Assembly: GCA_043800555.1 (NCBI GenBank) | Contig: JAZDMX010000003.1 | Location: forward strand, 175,531 to 239,530 | Direction: 5' to 3' | Length of the DNA stretch: 64,000 nucleotides | Source: Candidatus Omnitrophota bacterium | GTDB lineage: Bacteria > Omnitrophota > Gorgyraeia > Gygaellales > Profunditerraquicolaceae | In this document: positions 28,688-37,820 of the stretch, piece after piece | Numbering within the stretch: the first letter of the stretch is position 1 | Layout of the letters: each line of letters begins with the position of its first letter | The notes under the pieces: model-generated | What the model saw: only the letters and a program-made list of their open reading frames with translations | The model's database searches: none | Told to the model about the DNA's origin: nothing | Program-made: the position numbers and the translations under genes

Positions 28688-29759
28688 GCGGTTCTTGATA
28701 ATAAATCCTTTTGGCATCGGGGATGTTTTATTCACTACCCCGGTAATCCGGGCCTTAAGGGAAAAATACCTGGATTGTTTTGTCGGGTATTGGTGTAATC
28801 GCAGGGTGCGCCCATTATTGGGCTCAAGCGCTAAGATAAATACGCTTTTTGATTTGAGCCGGGGAGATATCAAGAAAATATACCGGAAATCTTTTTTGCG
28901 CGGGCTTTGGGAAACTTTAAAACTCGGATGGCAGATTAAAAAGGGCAACTTTAACATTTGTTTTGACTTTTCCCTGGACTACCGCTATAGTTTATTTGCG
29001 AAAATCCTAGGGATACGCCGGAGGATAGGTTTTAATTATAAGAATAGAGGCAGGTTCCTTACGGAGAGGATAGGGTTAACTTCCTATAGCGATAAGCACG
29101 TAGTTGACTATTACCTGGATCTATTGCGATTTTTAAATATAGAAGCGCAAGATAAATCCCTGGAGTTGGCGGTTCCCGGGTCTGCGCAGGAACATGCGCA
29201 AGATATGCTGGCCGCCAGAGGGATTGAAAAAGGCGATTTGGTTGTGGGGATTGCTGCCGGAGCAGGGGGAAGCTGGGGGGTGAACGCCGGTTATAAGCAT
29301 TGGCCGGCATTAAGATTTGCGCAGGTGGCAGATAAGCTCGCCGCCGAATTTAAGGCAAAAATCGTAATTCTGGGAGATGAAACCGAACAGCCGATTTCCG
29401 AAATCATTGTTAATGCTATGGCCTATGAGCCTATAAATTTAACCGGTAAGCTTAAGCTAAAGTGGCTTCCGGCGGTAATCAAGAACCTGGACCTTTTGAT
29501 ATCCAATGACGGTGGCCCGATGCATATAGCCTCTGCTTTGGGCGTAAAGACTGTTTCTATATTTGGCCCGGTGAGCGAAGTTGTTTACGGCCCGTATCCG
29601 GATAAGAGGAGGCATGCGGTATTAAAATGGGATATGGAGTGCCGGCCATGTTACAGGAATTTTAGCCTGGCGGTTTGCGCTAAAGATAAAGAGTGTTTGC
29701 GCTCGGTAAGCGTTGAAGATGTGCTTACGGCCGCGCGGATGATGATTAAAAATAACTAA
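28647..29759 (+). CDS. Family 9 glycosyltransferase (heptosyltransferase-like), second copy
   Basis: KRFLIINPFGIGDVLFTTPVIRALREKY ... SNDGGPMHIASALGVKT. Confidence 0.8.
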   Translation: MKMILKENAGQNPKRFLIINPFGIGDVLFTTPVIRALREKYLDCFVGYWCNRRVRPLLGSSAKINTLFDLSRGDIKKIYRKSFLRGLWETLKLGWQIKKGNFNICFDFSLDYRYSLFAKILGIRRRIGFNYKNRGRFLTERIGLTSYSDKHVVDYYLDLLRFLNIEAQDKSLELAVPGSAQEHAQDMLAARGIEKGDLVVGIAAGAGGSWGVNAGYKHWPALRFAQVADKLAAEFKAKIVILGDETEQPISEIIVNAMAYEPINLTGKLKLKWLPAVIKNLDLLISNDGGPMHIASALGVKTVSIFGPVSEVVYGPYPDKRRHAVLKWDMECRPCYRNFSLAVCAKDKECLRSVSVEDVLTAARMMIKNN

Positions 29760-29824
29760 TGCGGCTATTTCTGCCGCTCCCCCTAAGGGCAGAAAACGGC
29801 AGTTGCCCATAATAAAGAGAGGAT

Positions 29825-31012
29825 ATGAAAATACCGGCTTTGGATTTAAAGAAACAAATAGCGCCAATCCGCAAAGAGTTGGATTCGGCGATAAAAGAGG
29901 TAATTGACCATGCCAGTTTTATCCTTGGGGGTTATGTGGAGAGCTTTGAAAAGCGCGCCGCGCAATACTGCAAGGTTAAATACGCGGTGGGCGTATCTAA
30001 CGGAACCGATGCGTTAAGCCTTTGCCTGCTAGCCTTGGGTATTAAGGCCGGAGAAGGAGTGGTTTGCCCGGCATTTACTTATTACGCTACCGCAGGGGCC
30101 GTGGCTGCTGTGGGGGCAGTCCCGGTTTTTGCCGATATCGATAAAGATACTTATAATATTTCAGTTGAGAACATAGGAAGTATCCTTTCCCGGAGAAATA
30201 AGGCCAAGGTAAAGGCGATTATCCCGGTGCATCTTTATGGCCAATGCGCGGATATGGATGGAGTCCTGAAGCTTGCGCGTAGATACGGGTTAAAAGTTAT
30301 TGAAGACGCGGCGCAAAGTTTCGGAGCCGAATACCTGCCTCTTGGCCCTTCCGGCAGGCAGTTAAAGGCCAAAAAATCCGGGACACTGGGTGATTGCGGG
30401 GCGGTAAGCTTCTACCCCGGAAAGAACCTGGGCGCCTTTGGGGACGCGGGGATGATCCTTACCAATAATAAGGGATTAGCTGAAAAGTTAAGGATTTTAC
30501 GCAACCAGGGGAACAGGAGCAGTTATCTCCATTTGTTTCTGGGCCGGAATAACCGCCTTGATTCGATTCAGGCGGCTGTATTGGATGTCAAGTTAAGGTA
30601 TCTGGATGCCTGGAATAGAAAAAGGGCGGAGATCGCCGAATTCTATAACCGGGAATTGTCGGGTTTGCCTCTTAAGACGCCGTTTGTCCCGGATTATACA
30701 ACGCATATCTATCATCAATATGTTTTGCGGGTGCGGGGATCAAGCAGGGGGTTGTTGGAATATTTGCGCAAGAAGGGTATTGATTCGCGGGTTTTTTATC
30801 CGTTGCCGCTACATTTACAGAAGTGTTTCAGGTATTTAGGGTATAAAAAAGGCGATTTTCCTGAATCAGAAAAAGCCTCGCGCCAGATTTTGACTTTGCC
30901 TATTTACCCGGATTTATCCCAAGAAGAAAAATGTTATATTATCCAGCAGCTTAAGGATGGTTATCGGGCTGGAGGCAAAAGTTCCCGCTATACGGGAGCG
31001 TTTTTAGATTAA
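29825..31012 (+). CDS. DegT/DnrJ/EryC1/StrS-family PLP-dependent sugar aminotransferase
   Basis: VGVSNGTDAL, with the active-site Lys in AVSFYPGKNLGAFGDAGM. SD GAGAGGA lies 6 nt upstream. Confidence 0.9.
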   Translation: MKIPALDLKKQIAPIRKELDSAIKEVIDHASFILGGYVESFEKRAAQYCKVKYAVGVSNGTDALSLCLLALGIKAGEGVVCPAFTYYATAGAVAAVGAVPVFADIDKDTYNISVENIGSILSRRNKAKVKAIIPVHLYGQCADMDGVLKLARRYGLKVIEDAAQSFGAEYLPLGPSGRQLKAKKSGTLGDCGAVSFYPGKNLGAFGDAGMILTNNKGLAEKLRILRNQGNRSSYLHLFLGRNNRLDSIQAAVLDVKLRYLDAWNRKRAEIAEFYNRELSGLPLKTPFVPDYTTHIYHQYVLRVRGSSRGLLEYLRKKGIDSRVFYPLPLHLQKCFRYLGYKKGDFPESEKASRQILTLPIYPDLSQEEKCYIIQQLKDGYRAGGKSSRYTGAFLD

Positions 31013-31047
31013 GTCGGAAAGCATCCCCCAGGATAAGGAGCATATGC

Positions 31048-31812
31048 ATGGCTAAGCTCTCTGTGGTCATTTTAACCAAGAATGAAGAATCCCGTATCGC
31101 CGAGTGCCTCGAATCGGTTAAGTGGGCGGATGAAATTATTGTCGTGGACGATGAGAGCCAGGATAATACCGCAGAGATAGTTAAAAAATACACAAACAGG
31201 ATCTTTCGGCGCAAAATGGAGATAGAGGGCAGGCATAGGAATTGGGCTTATGCCCAGGCAGCTAATTCGTGGGTATTAAGCCTGGATGCCGACGAAAGGA
31301 TTACCCCGGAGTTAAAAGAGGAGATCGGGAAGACCCTGGCAAATGAGCCCGGGGAATCCGGTTTTACCATCAAGCGCAAGAATTACATCGGTGAGTATTG
31401 GGTAAGGCATGGAGGCTGGTATCCTAGCCCCCAGCTAAAGCTGTTCCGTAAGGATAAATTTCGCTATGAGGAAGCGGAAGTCCACCCGCGGGCATTCCTT
31501 GACGGCGCTTGCGGGCATTTGCACTCAGATATGCTGCACTATTCCTACAAAAATCTGGAAGATTTCTGGGCTAAATTAAATAAACAGACGACTTGGGAAG
31601 CCTATAAATGGCGCAAACAGGATAAGCCGATGCGCCTGGGCAGGTTTTTATGGCGGACATACGACAGGTTCATGCGCGCCTATTTCGGGAGAAAAGGCTA
31701 TAAGGATGGCTTTATCGGTTTTGTGGTTGCTTTTAATGCCGGGCTCTACCAGTTTATCAGTTATTTGAAATACCGCGAATTGGCCATGGAGAAGAGAAAA
31801 CCCGTAACCTAA
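31048..31812 (+). CDS. Family 2 glycosyltransferase of the LPS-core WaaE/KdtX type
   Basis: KLSVVILTKNEESRIAECLESVKWADEIIVVDDESQDNT. Confidence 0.75.
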   Translation: MAKLSVVILTKNEESRIAECLESVKWADEIIVVDDESQDNTAEIVKKYTNRIFRRKMEIEGRHRNWAYAQAANSWVLSLDADERITPELKEEIGKTLANEPGESGFTIKRKNYIGEYWVRHGGWYPSPQLKLFRKDKFRYEEAEVHPRAFLDGACGHLHSDMLHYSYKNLEDFWAKLNKQTTWEAYKWRKQDKPMRLGRFLWRTYDRFMRAYFGRKGYKDGFIGFVVAFNAGLYQFISYLKYRELAMEKRKPVT

Positions 31813-31835
31813 CCTTTAGCCTACCGGGGTGATTT

Positions 31836-32396
31836 GTGAAAGTTGTATTTTTAGACAGGGACGGGGTAATTAACAGGTATCCGGGGGATAAATTATACGT
31901 TACTTCGGTTAAGAAGTTTTATTTTCTACCGGGGGTAAAAAGAGCTATTGCCAAGTTAAGTAAAAACGGATTCAAGGTTTTTGTTGCTTCTAACCAGGCT
32001 GGCGTTGGCAGGGGCATATACTCCAAGCGCGCCCTTGAAGCTATAACCCGAAAGATGCTTACGGCAATAGAGAAGGCTAAAGGGAAAATCGATAAGGTTT
32101 ATTATTGTACCCATCGTAAAGACGCTAACTGCCTTTGCCGGAAGCCAAACCCCGGGTTATTGAGAAATGCGGCAAAAGAATTTAAATTCTGCCTTAAGGA
32201 TTCATTTTTTATAGGCGATACCATCCGTGACGTAATTGCCGCTAATAACGCCGGCTGCAAATCAATCCTTGTCCTTTCAGGAAAAGAAAAACTTTCAAAC
32301 CAAAAGCACTGGGAAGCCAGGCCGGATTTTGTCTTCAGAGATTTAAATGCCGCCGCCAGCTATCTTGTGCAAAATCAGCCCTCAACAAAAAAATGA
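31836..32396 (+). CDS. gmhB: D-glycero-D-manno-heptose 1,7-bisphosphate phosphatase (HAD family)
   Basis: MKVVFLDRDGVIN (HAD motif I). Zn-finger insert CTHRKDANCLCRKPNPG. Confidence 0.85.
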   Translation: MKVVFLDRDGVINRYPGDKLYVTSVKKFYFLPGVKRAIAKLSKNGFKVFVASNQAGVGRGIYSKRALEAITRKMLTAIEKAKGKIDKVYYCTHRKDANCLCRKPNPGLLRNAAKEFKFCLKDSFFIGDTIRDVIAANNAGCKSILVLSGKEKLSNQKHWEARPDFVFRDLNAAASYLVQNQPSTKK

Positions 32397-33484
32397 AAGT
32401 ATTTATAATCTATGCTTCCGCAGGAGCAGGGCACCGCCGTGTAGCCGAGGCGGTGTATAATTATCTCAAAGAGCGCCGCCCGGAGCTTGAAATTAGAATA
32501 ATTGATATATTGGATAAGGCAAATTCCGTATTAAGGTTTGATTATACTAAAGGTTACGCCTTTCTGATAAGGCATGCGGTTTGGCTCTGGAGCTTTGCGT
32601 TCTGGTTGACTGAAACCAAAGCGCTTAGGCCCTTGAGCCGGCTGGTATCCTCTTTGGCCGACCGGGTTAGCGCCCGCCAATTCAGCAATTTTTTAGTCCG
32701 GGAAAACCCTGATTATGTTATCTCTACGCATTTTCTGCCTTCGGGGATAGCCGTTTATTTGAAGAACAAAGGGAGAATAAGTTCCTTTGTTATGACTATA
32801 ATTACTGATTTCGGCGTGCATCCTTTTTGGATCTGGGAAGGGACTGATTTATACATGGCGGCATCGGAATTTACCAAGGGCAAACTCCTTAAAGAAGGGG
32901 TTTCCGAGAAGAAGATAAAAGTATCCGGGTTACCGGCGGATATGAAATTCTTAAAAAAATTCGATCGCGTAAGCCTTGCGGCTAAAATCGGGATAGCCGC
33001 GGATAAATTCACGGTTTTGCTTATGACGGGCTCATTCGGGACAGGGCCGCTGGAAGAAATCAGCGGGTTGCTATGCCGGGACCTCCAGGTGTTGGTTGTT
33101 TGCGCCTCTAACAAGAAACTTTACGAAAGAATGAATGAAATAAACCTTCCGAATACAAAAGTTTTCGGATTCGTGGATAATCCCGAAGAATTGATGGCGG
33201 TTTCCGATGTCATCCTGACTAAGCCCGGGGGCTCCACCATAGCCGAGATTATCGATATGGAATTAGTGCCGGTATTTATTTCGGCGATACCGGGGCAGGA
33301 AGAAGGCAATGTTGAAGCTTTGGCCAAGGCCGGAATAGGTTTGGCCCCTAGGGGTATTTATGAGATACGGGATCTGATCCTGGATTTTAAGGATCATCCT
33401 GAAAAGCTCAAGAAAGCCAAAGAGGCAGTACGGCAGATTAAGAAACCTTATGCTTGCCAGGAGATTTCCGGTGTTATACGCTAA
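32393..33484 (+). CDS. GT28-family glycosyltransferase (MGDG-synthase/UgtP-like)
   Basis: MKVFIIYASAGAGHRRVAEAV N-terminal MGDG_synth domain. C-terminal GT-B (Glyco_tran_28_C-like) domain. Confidence 0.7.
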   Translation: MKVFIIYASAGAGHRRVAEAVYNYLKERRPELEIRIIDILDKANSVLRFDYTKGYAFLIRHAVWLWSFAFWLTETKALRPLSRLVSSLADRVSARQFSNFLVRENPDYVISTHFLPSGIAVYLKNKGRISSFVMTIITDFGVHPFWIWEGTDLYMAASEFTKGKLLKEGVSEKKIKVSGLPADMKFLKKFDRVSLAAKIGIAADKFTVLLMTGSFGTGPLEEISGLLCRDLQVLVVCASNKKLYERMNEINLPNTKVFGFVDNPEELMAVSDVILTKPGGSTIAEIIDMELVPVFISAIPGQEEGNVEALAKAGIGLAPRGIYEIRDLILDFKDHPEKLKKAKEAVRQIKKPYACQEISGVIR

Positions 33485-35369
33485 GATTGCGATTGGCCTG
33501 CCGGTTAATGGGCCGTTTGATTATATTGTCCCCCCTGATTTAGTTGCCAAGATTGCGCTTGGCCAGAGGGTTTGGGTAAGTTTTGGGAGAAGGCGCTTAG
33601 TCGGTTATGTGGTAGGTTTCGCCAAAAAGAGCGAGGTAAGGAACTTAAAGCCGGTTTCAGAGCTAATCGACAGCCGCCCGGTATTATCCGAAAGCATGCT
33701 TTTGCTTACCAGGGAGCTTGCGGAGTATTATTATTGTTCCTGGGGGCAAGCTATTGAAACAGCTATCCCGGAAGGCTTGAGAAAAGGCAAAAAAACGGAC
33801 GCGGAAAAGGGGGACGTTTCTACTTTTTCCAGGCCTAGCGCTGGAAAAAGTAGAAACGTCCCCCTTTTTCCGGAAACGCCACATTTTTCCGAGTTTCCTC
33901 TTGTGGAGTTAATCCATGATTTGGATGGAGAGGCACGCTGGGATATCTATGCCTCCAGGATTAAAGAAGGCCTGGAGAAGCAATTATCGGCAATAGTTTT
34001 ATTGCCGGATATCCCCGAAGTGATTAAGGCCGCGGGTATCTTCAGGGAGCGCCTGGGGATTGAGGCCCAAATTTTATACCGTCAACAACCCAGAGAGACG
34101 CAAGAATGGTTAAGGGCGGGCTATTCAGATACAAAGCTTGTCATTGGGACCCGTTCGGCGATTTTCGCGCCATTAAATGATTTGGGGCTAGTGATTATCG
34201 ATGAGGAAGAGGATTCCGTGTATAAGCAAGAGCAGGCCCCGCATTACCATGCGCGCAAAGCCGCTTTTTTGCGGGTTAAGCTTAACCGGGCTAAACTTAT
34301 TTTAGGAAGCAGTTCGCCGTCCTTGGAAAGTTTCTATTTATGCGAGAAAAAGAAGGCCGAGTATACAATTCTTCCCAGGAAAAAGGTTTTTCCGGAAATT
34401 AAGGTTATCGATATGCGGCGCCTGCCATTTTCTAAAAGGGAAGGAAAGGCAGTTTTCTCCGGTTTACTGGAAGAGGCGATTTATGCCGTTTTGAATGAAA
34501 AAGGCAAAGCACTCCTTTTTCTTAACCGCAAAGGTTTTGCTACATCCTGCGTTTGTCAGTCCTGCGGGAAGATACTTAAATGCCCGCGTTGCAGTATAAA
34601 TTTGGTTTACCACTTTAAGGGCGATTTATTGAGTTGCCATTATTGCAATTATAAAATTCAGGCCCCTAAAATATGCCCGGAATGCAATTCCGGATATATT
34701 AAATTTTCAGGCAGCGGCACCGAAAAGGTAGAGAGCGAGCTTGCCAGAAGGTTCCCGCTGGCGCGCCTTAAAATAATCGATGAGGCAAACACAAACTTAG
34801 AAGGCGCGGATATCTTCATAGCTACCAGCAGCGTAATTAAACAGCCTAACCTCGATTTTGATCTTATCGGAGTCTTGGGGATAGATAACGCCTTGAACCG
34901 GGTTGATTTTCGGGCCACGGAGAAGGTCTTTGGTTTATTGTCGGGGCTCCTTAGGCTTACCAGCAAAAAGTTATTCATCCAGTCAGCAACCCCTGCGCAC
35001 CATTGTTTCCAGGCGTTGCTTAGAAAAAATACGAATTTATTCTACGAAGAAGAATTAAAGCAAAGAAGGCAATTGGATTTTCCTCCCTATAAGCATATGA
35101 TTATCGTGAAACTGCGCGGCAAGCTTCAGGAGAAGGTCAAGGCCGCCGCCGCTCTGTTATTTAACAAGCTCAAAGAGGCAGGCAAGGACAAAAGCATTGA
35201 AATCCTTTCGGTTAATCCGTATAGCCCGGCTAAGTTGCGGGGTAACTTCTATTGGCAGGTTTTGATGCGTTCAAGCAAGGTCATTGCAGCGGGCAGTTTT
35301 CTAAAAAATAATTTAAAAGATTTCCGGCATTCAGGTATAATAGTGACCGTAGACGTTGATCCGTTATAG
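33471..35369 (+). CDS. priA: Primosomal protein N' (PriA) homologue with degenerate helicase motifs and an in-frame palindromic insert
   Basis: N-terminal 3'-DNA-binding domain and the Cys-rich region CQSCGKILKCPRCS...CHYCNYK...CPECNS align to PriA. Walker A reads DLDGEARWD, Walker B reads DEEE, and the motif VI arginines are absent. Probable GTG start at 33471; the track ATG is at 33450. Confidence 0.8.
   Translation: MLYAKIAIGLPVNGPFDYIVPPDLVAKIALGQRVWVSFGRRRLVGYVVGFAKKSEVRNLKPVSELIDSRPVLSESMLLLTRELAEYYYCSWGQAIETAIPEGLRKGKKTDAEKGDVSTFSRPSAGKSRNVPLFPETPHFSEFPLVELIHDLDGEARWDIYASRIKEGLEKQLSAIVLLPDIPEVIKAAGIFRERLGIEAQILYRQQPRETQEWLRAGYSDTKLVIGTRSAIFAPLNDLGLVIIDEEEDSVYKQEQAPHYHARKAAFLRVKLNRAKLILGSSSPSLESFYLCEKKKAEYTILPRKKVFPEIKVIDMRRLPFSKREGKAVFSGLLEEAIYAVLNEKGKALLFLNRKGFATSCVCQSCGKILKCPRCSINLVYHFKGDLLSCHYCNYKIQAPKICPECNSGYIKFSGSGTEKVESELARRFPLARLKIIDEANTNLEGADIFIATSSVIKQPNLDFDLIGVLGIDNALNRVDFRATEKVFGLLSGLLRLTSKKLFIQSATPAHHCFQALLRKNTNLFYEEELKQRRQLDFPPYKHMIIVKLRGKLQEKVKAAAALLFNKLKEAGKDKSIEILSVNPYSPAKLRGNFYWQVLMRSSKVIAAGSFLKNNLKDFRHSGIIVTVDVDPL
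33804..33869. repeat. 66-bp perfect palindromic element (27-bp arms GAAAAGGGGGACGTTTCTACTTTTTCC around an AGGCCTAGCGCT core) lying in-frame inside priA
   Basis: The right arm GGAAAAAGTAGAAACGTCCCCCTTTTC is the exact reverse complement of the left. The core GGGGACGTTTCTACTTTT is shared with the 41008-41064 copy. Confidence 0.85.
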
Positions 35370-35386
35370 GAAGCAGGCTGTATATT

Positions 35387-36349
35387 ATGAAGATAGTCTT
35401 TTTTGGTAGTTCTCGTTTCGCCGTTCCTTCTTTGGAGGCTTTGATAAAGAGCCGTTATGAGGTTTGCTGCGTTGTGACCCAGCCCGATAAGAAGAAGGGC
35501 CGGCACTTGCATTTAGGTTTTACCGATGTTAAGTCCTTGGCAAATAAGGCGGGGTTAAGGGTTTTTCAGCCGGTGAGCATAAATTCCAGCGATTCAATAG
35601 GGTATTTGAGGAATTTGTCCGCGGATGTTTTTGTCATTGTCGCTTACGGCCAGATTTTATCGCAGGAGGCCCTGCTCCTTGCGAAGATATTCCCGATAAA
35701 CATTCACGCTTCGCTATTGCCCAAGTATAGGGGCGCGGCGCCAATCAATTGGGCGGTTATTAACGGCGAAAAAAACACCGGGATAACCGTGATTAAGGTA
35801 ACCCGGAAGATGGATTCCGGGCCCCTGTTAATGCAAAAAGAAATGCCCATTTCTGAAACCGACGATTCGGAAACCTTGGAAGATAAATTAAGGAGACTTG
35901 GAGCAAAATTATTGGTGGATGTGCTTAAAGAAATAGAAAAAAAATCTTTTAAGCTGATTCTTCAGGACGAAAAACAGGTGATAAGCGCTCCTAAATTGAA
36001 GAAAGCCACTGGTTATATTGATTGGGGCAGGAGCGCAGATGAGATCTATAATAAGGTAAGAGGATGCCTGCCGTGGCCGGGCGCCTTTACTTATTATAAG
36101 GGTAAACTGCTTAAGATTTATAAAGCGGAAATTATCCCCCGGGGCCATCATCTGCAAGATCCGCTAGCTCGGGGTGGCGCGGACAATAAACCGGGAACTG
36201 TGCTTAAGGCGGATAAACAGAGCCTGGAGGTTGCGGCCGGAGAAGGCTCTTTACTGATTAAAGAGTTACAGCTTGAAGGCGCCAGGCGCATGCCTGCCGC
36301 AGATTTTATTGCCGGGCACAGAATTAAGCCGGGAGAAGAGCTTAAGTAA
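35387..36349 (+). CDS. fmt: Methionyl-tRNA formyltransferase
   Basis: MKIVFFGSSRFAVPSLEAL...VVTQPDKKKGR ... SLLPKYRGAAPINWA. Confidence 0.9.
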   Translation: MKIVFFGSSRFAVPSLEALIKSRYEVCCVVTQPDKKKGRHLHLGFTDVKSLANKAGLRVFQPVSINSSDSIGYLRNLSADVFVIVAYGQILSQEALLLAKIFPINIHASLLPKYRGAAPINWAVINGEKNTGITVIKVTRKMDSGPLLMQKEMPISETDDSETLEDKLRRLGAKLLVDVLKEIEKKSFKLILQDEKQVISAPKLKKATGYIDWGRSADEIYNKVRGCLPWPGAFTYYKGKLLKIYKAEIIPRGHHLQDPLARGGADNKPGTVLKADKQSLEVAAGEGSLLIKELQLEGARRMPAADFIAGHRIKPGEELK

Positions 36350-36378
36350 GAGTAATTTTAACCAATACTGGAGGCATT

Positions 36379-37755
36379 ATGGACCCTTCGGCCAGGCCCG
36401 GTTACCTAGACTTCTTATTTTATGCGTTCATTTTAATCGTATGCTATTTTTCTTTTAACCACCCGGATTTACTTTCTCCGGCCGTAAGCTCTTTTACCTA
36501 CCTGAACGGGCATATCAAAGATTTCTATGCAGTTAACAGCGCCCTTGAACTCGGGAATAACTACCTTCCTTCATCTTACATCCTATTTGCTATCTGGAAT
36601 ATCCCGGTAAAGTTGTTGGGGATAGCCGCCAGCCTGGACGCAGGTTACTTAATATTCTGGTATAAACTTTTAACCACGCTTTTTCTGGCTGCCGCGGGTT
36701 TCCTTATGTATAAGATCGGCCGGAGCATAGGGCTAAGCAAGAAAGACTCAAGACTGCTGACAATCATCTGGTTTTCATCGCCGATTCTTTTCTTCGGGCA
36801 GTTCATATTCGGCCAAATCGATATCTTTACCGTCTTTTTTACATTGGCCGGCCTGTATTATCTCCTTCAAAAGAGATTAATCCTTTTTACGCTATTTTTC
36901 GCAATAGCCGCCACTTTTAAGTATTTTCCTTTTTTTATATTCTTGCCGTTATTATTGCTTATTGAAAAGAGGCCTTTTAAATTGGCCGGTTATTTGTTTT
37001 TATCGCTTTTGCCCGCAGCGCTGGAAACATTATTTTACCTGGGTTCCCCGGAATTTGTATCCGGGGTAATCGGCTTTATAGGCGCCGGCCCCAGGATTTT
37101 CCAGGCGCACTTAAGCGTATTCCAGGGTGTAAGCATATACTTATTCCCCTGCCTCTGGTTTGTTATCTGCGGGGTATGCTTTTATACCGACTTATCAAAA
37201 GATAAATTTGCGTTCTATCAGGCGTCTTTGTATGTTTGCCTGGCGGTATTATGCCTGTTATTCGCCTTGATCTTTTGGGGCCCTCAATGGCTTACTTTCT
37301 TAACGCCATTTCTCGCGATTAACTTATTTATGAATAAAAGGATCAAAAGTTTATTACTGCTTGATTTCATAATGATGATCGCGTTTGTGGGATATGTTGT
37401 CAGCATTTTCCCGATGAACGTTGACCAGCAGTTATTTAGCTGCGGCGTATTGGGGAAATTTAACCCGGATCTATTTGTTCCGGAGAAAACGCTTATAATG
37501 AAAGCGATTTTCAGCCCGCTTGAGGTTAATTTCGCAAGCTTTTACAATATCTATTTTACGTTATTCTGTGCTACCCTCATATTGTACGTTTTGCTTAATT
37601 TTCCCTCCAAGGATAACGCCTGGAAAGGCCCGCATGCGCTTGTCCCGGTAAATGAATATTGGAGTTATGCCCGGTTGCGTTTTTTTGGAGGCGTGGCAAT
37701 CTTTATTCTCCCGGCTTTTTTTGTTTATCTCTACGCGTTTTTTCGATATAGATGA
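36379..37755 (+). CDS. Polytopic integral membrane protein of unknown function (possibly GT-C/DUF2029-like)
   Basis: More than 10 hydrophobic segments and no recognisable soluble domains. Confidence 0.5.
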   Translation: MDPSARPGYLDFLFYAFILIVCYFSFNHPDLLSPAVSSFTYLNGHIKDFYAVNSALELGNNYLPSSYILFAIWNIPVKLLGIAASLDAGYLIFWYKLLTTLFLAAAGFLMYKIGRSIGLSKKDSRLLTIIWFSSPILFFGQFIFGQIDIFTVFFTLAGLYYLLQKRLILFTLFFAIAATFKYFPFFIFLPLLLLIEKRPFKLAGYLFLSLLPAALETLFYLGSPEFVSGVIGFIGAGPRIFQAHLSVFQGVSIYLFPCLWFVICGVCFYTDLSKDKFAFYQASLYVCLAVLCLLFALIFWGPQWLTFLTPFLAINLFMNKRIKSLLLLDFIMMIAFVGYVVSIFPMNVDQQLFSCGVLGKFNPDLFVPEKTLIMKAIFSPLEVNFASFYNIYFTLFCATLILYVLLNFPSKDNAWKGPHALVPVNEYWSYARLRFFGGVAIFILPAFFVYLYAFFRYR

Positions 37756-37784
37756 GCTTTGCGTGAAAAATATTTAAAAAATAG

Positions 37785-37812
37785 TTGCAACTTTTTTAAC
37801 TTCTGTTATAAT
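37785..37812 (+). promoter_or_regulatory. Near-consensus sigma-70 promoter (TTGCAA-16 nt-TATAAT) ending 8 nt before the galT-like ATG, implying a leaderless or very short-leader transcript
   Basis: TTGCAA at 37785-37790 and TATAAT at 37807-37812, with the ATG at 37821. No SD lies in between. Confidence 0.5.
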
Positions 37813-37820
37813 TTATCACT

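Noticed and set aside
29771-29802. CTGCCG...CGGCAG inverted repeat between the GT9 gene and the aminotransferase gene, as a possible terminator
   Set aside because: It has only a 6-bp stem with a 20-nt loop and no following T-tract, so it is too weak to call.
33684-33884. 66-aa minus-strand ORF inside priA
   Set aside because: It exists only because the palindromic insert encodes the same peptide on both strands. It is an artefact of the inverted repeat, not a gene.
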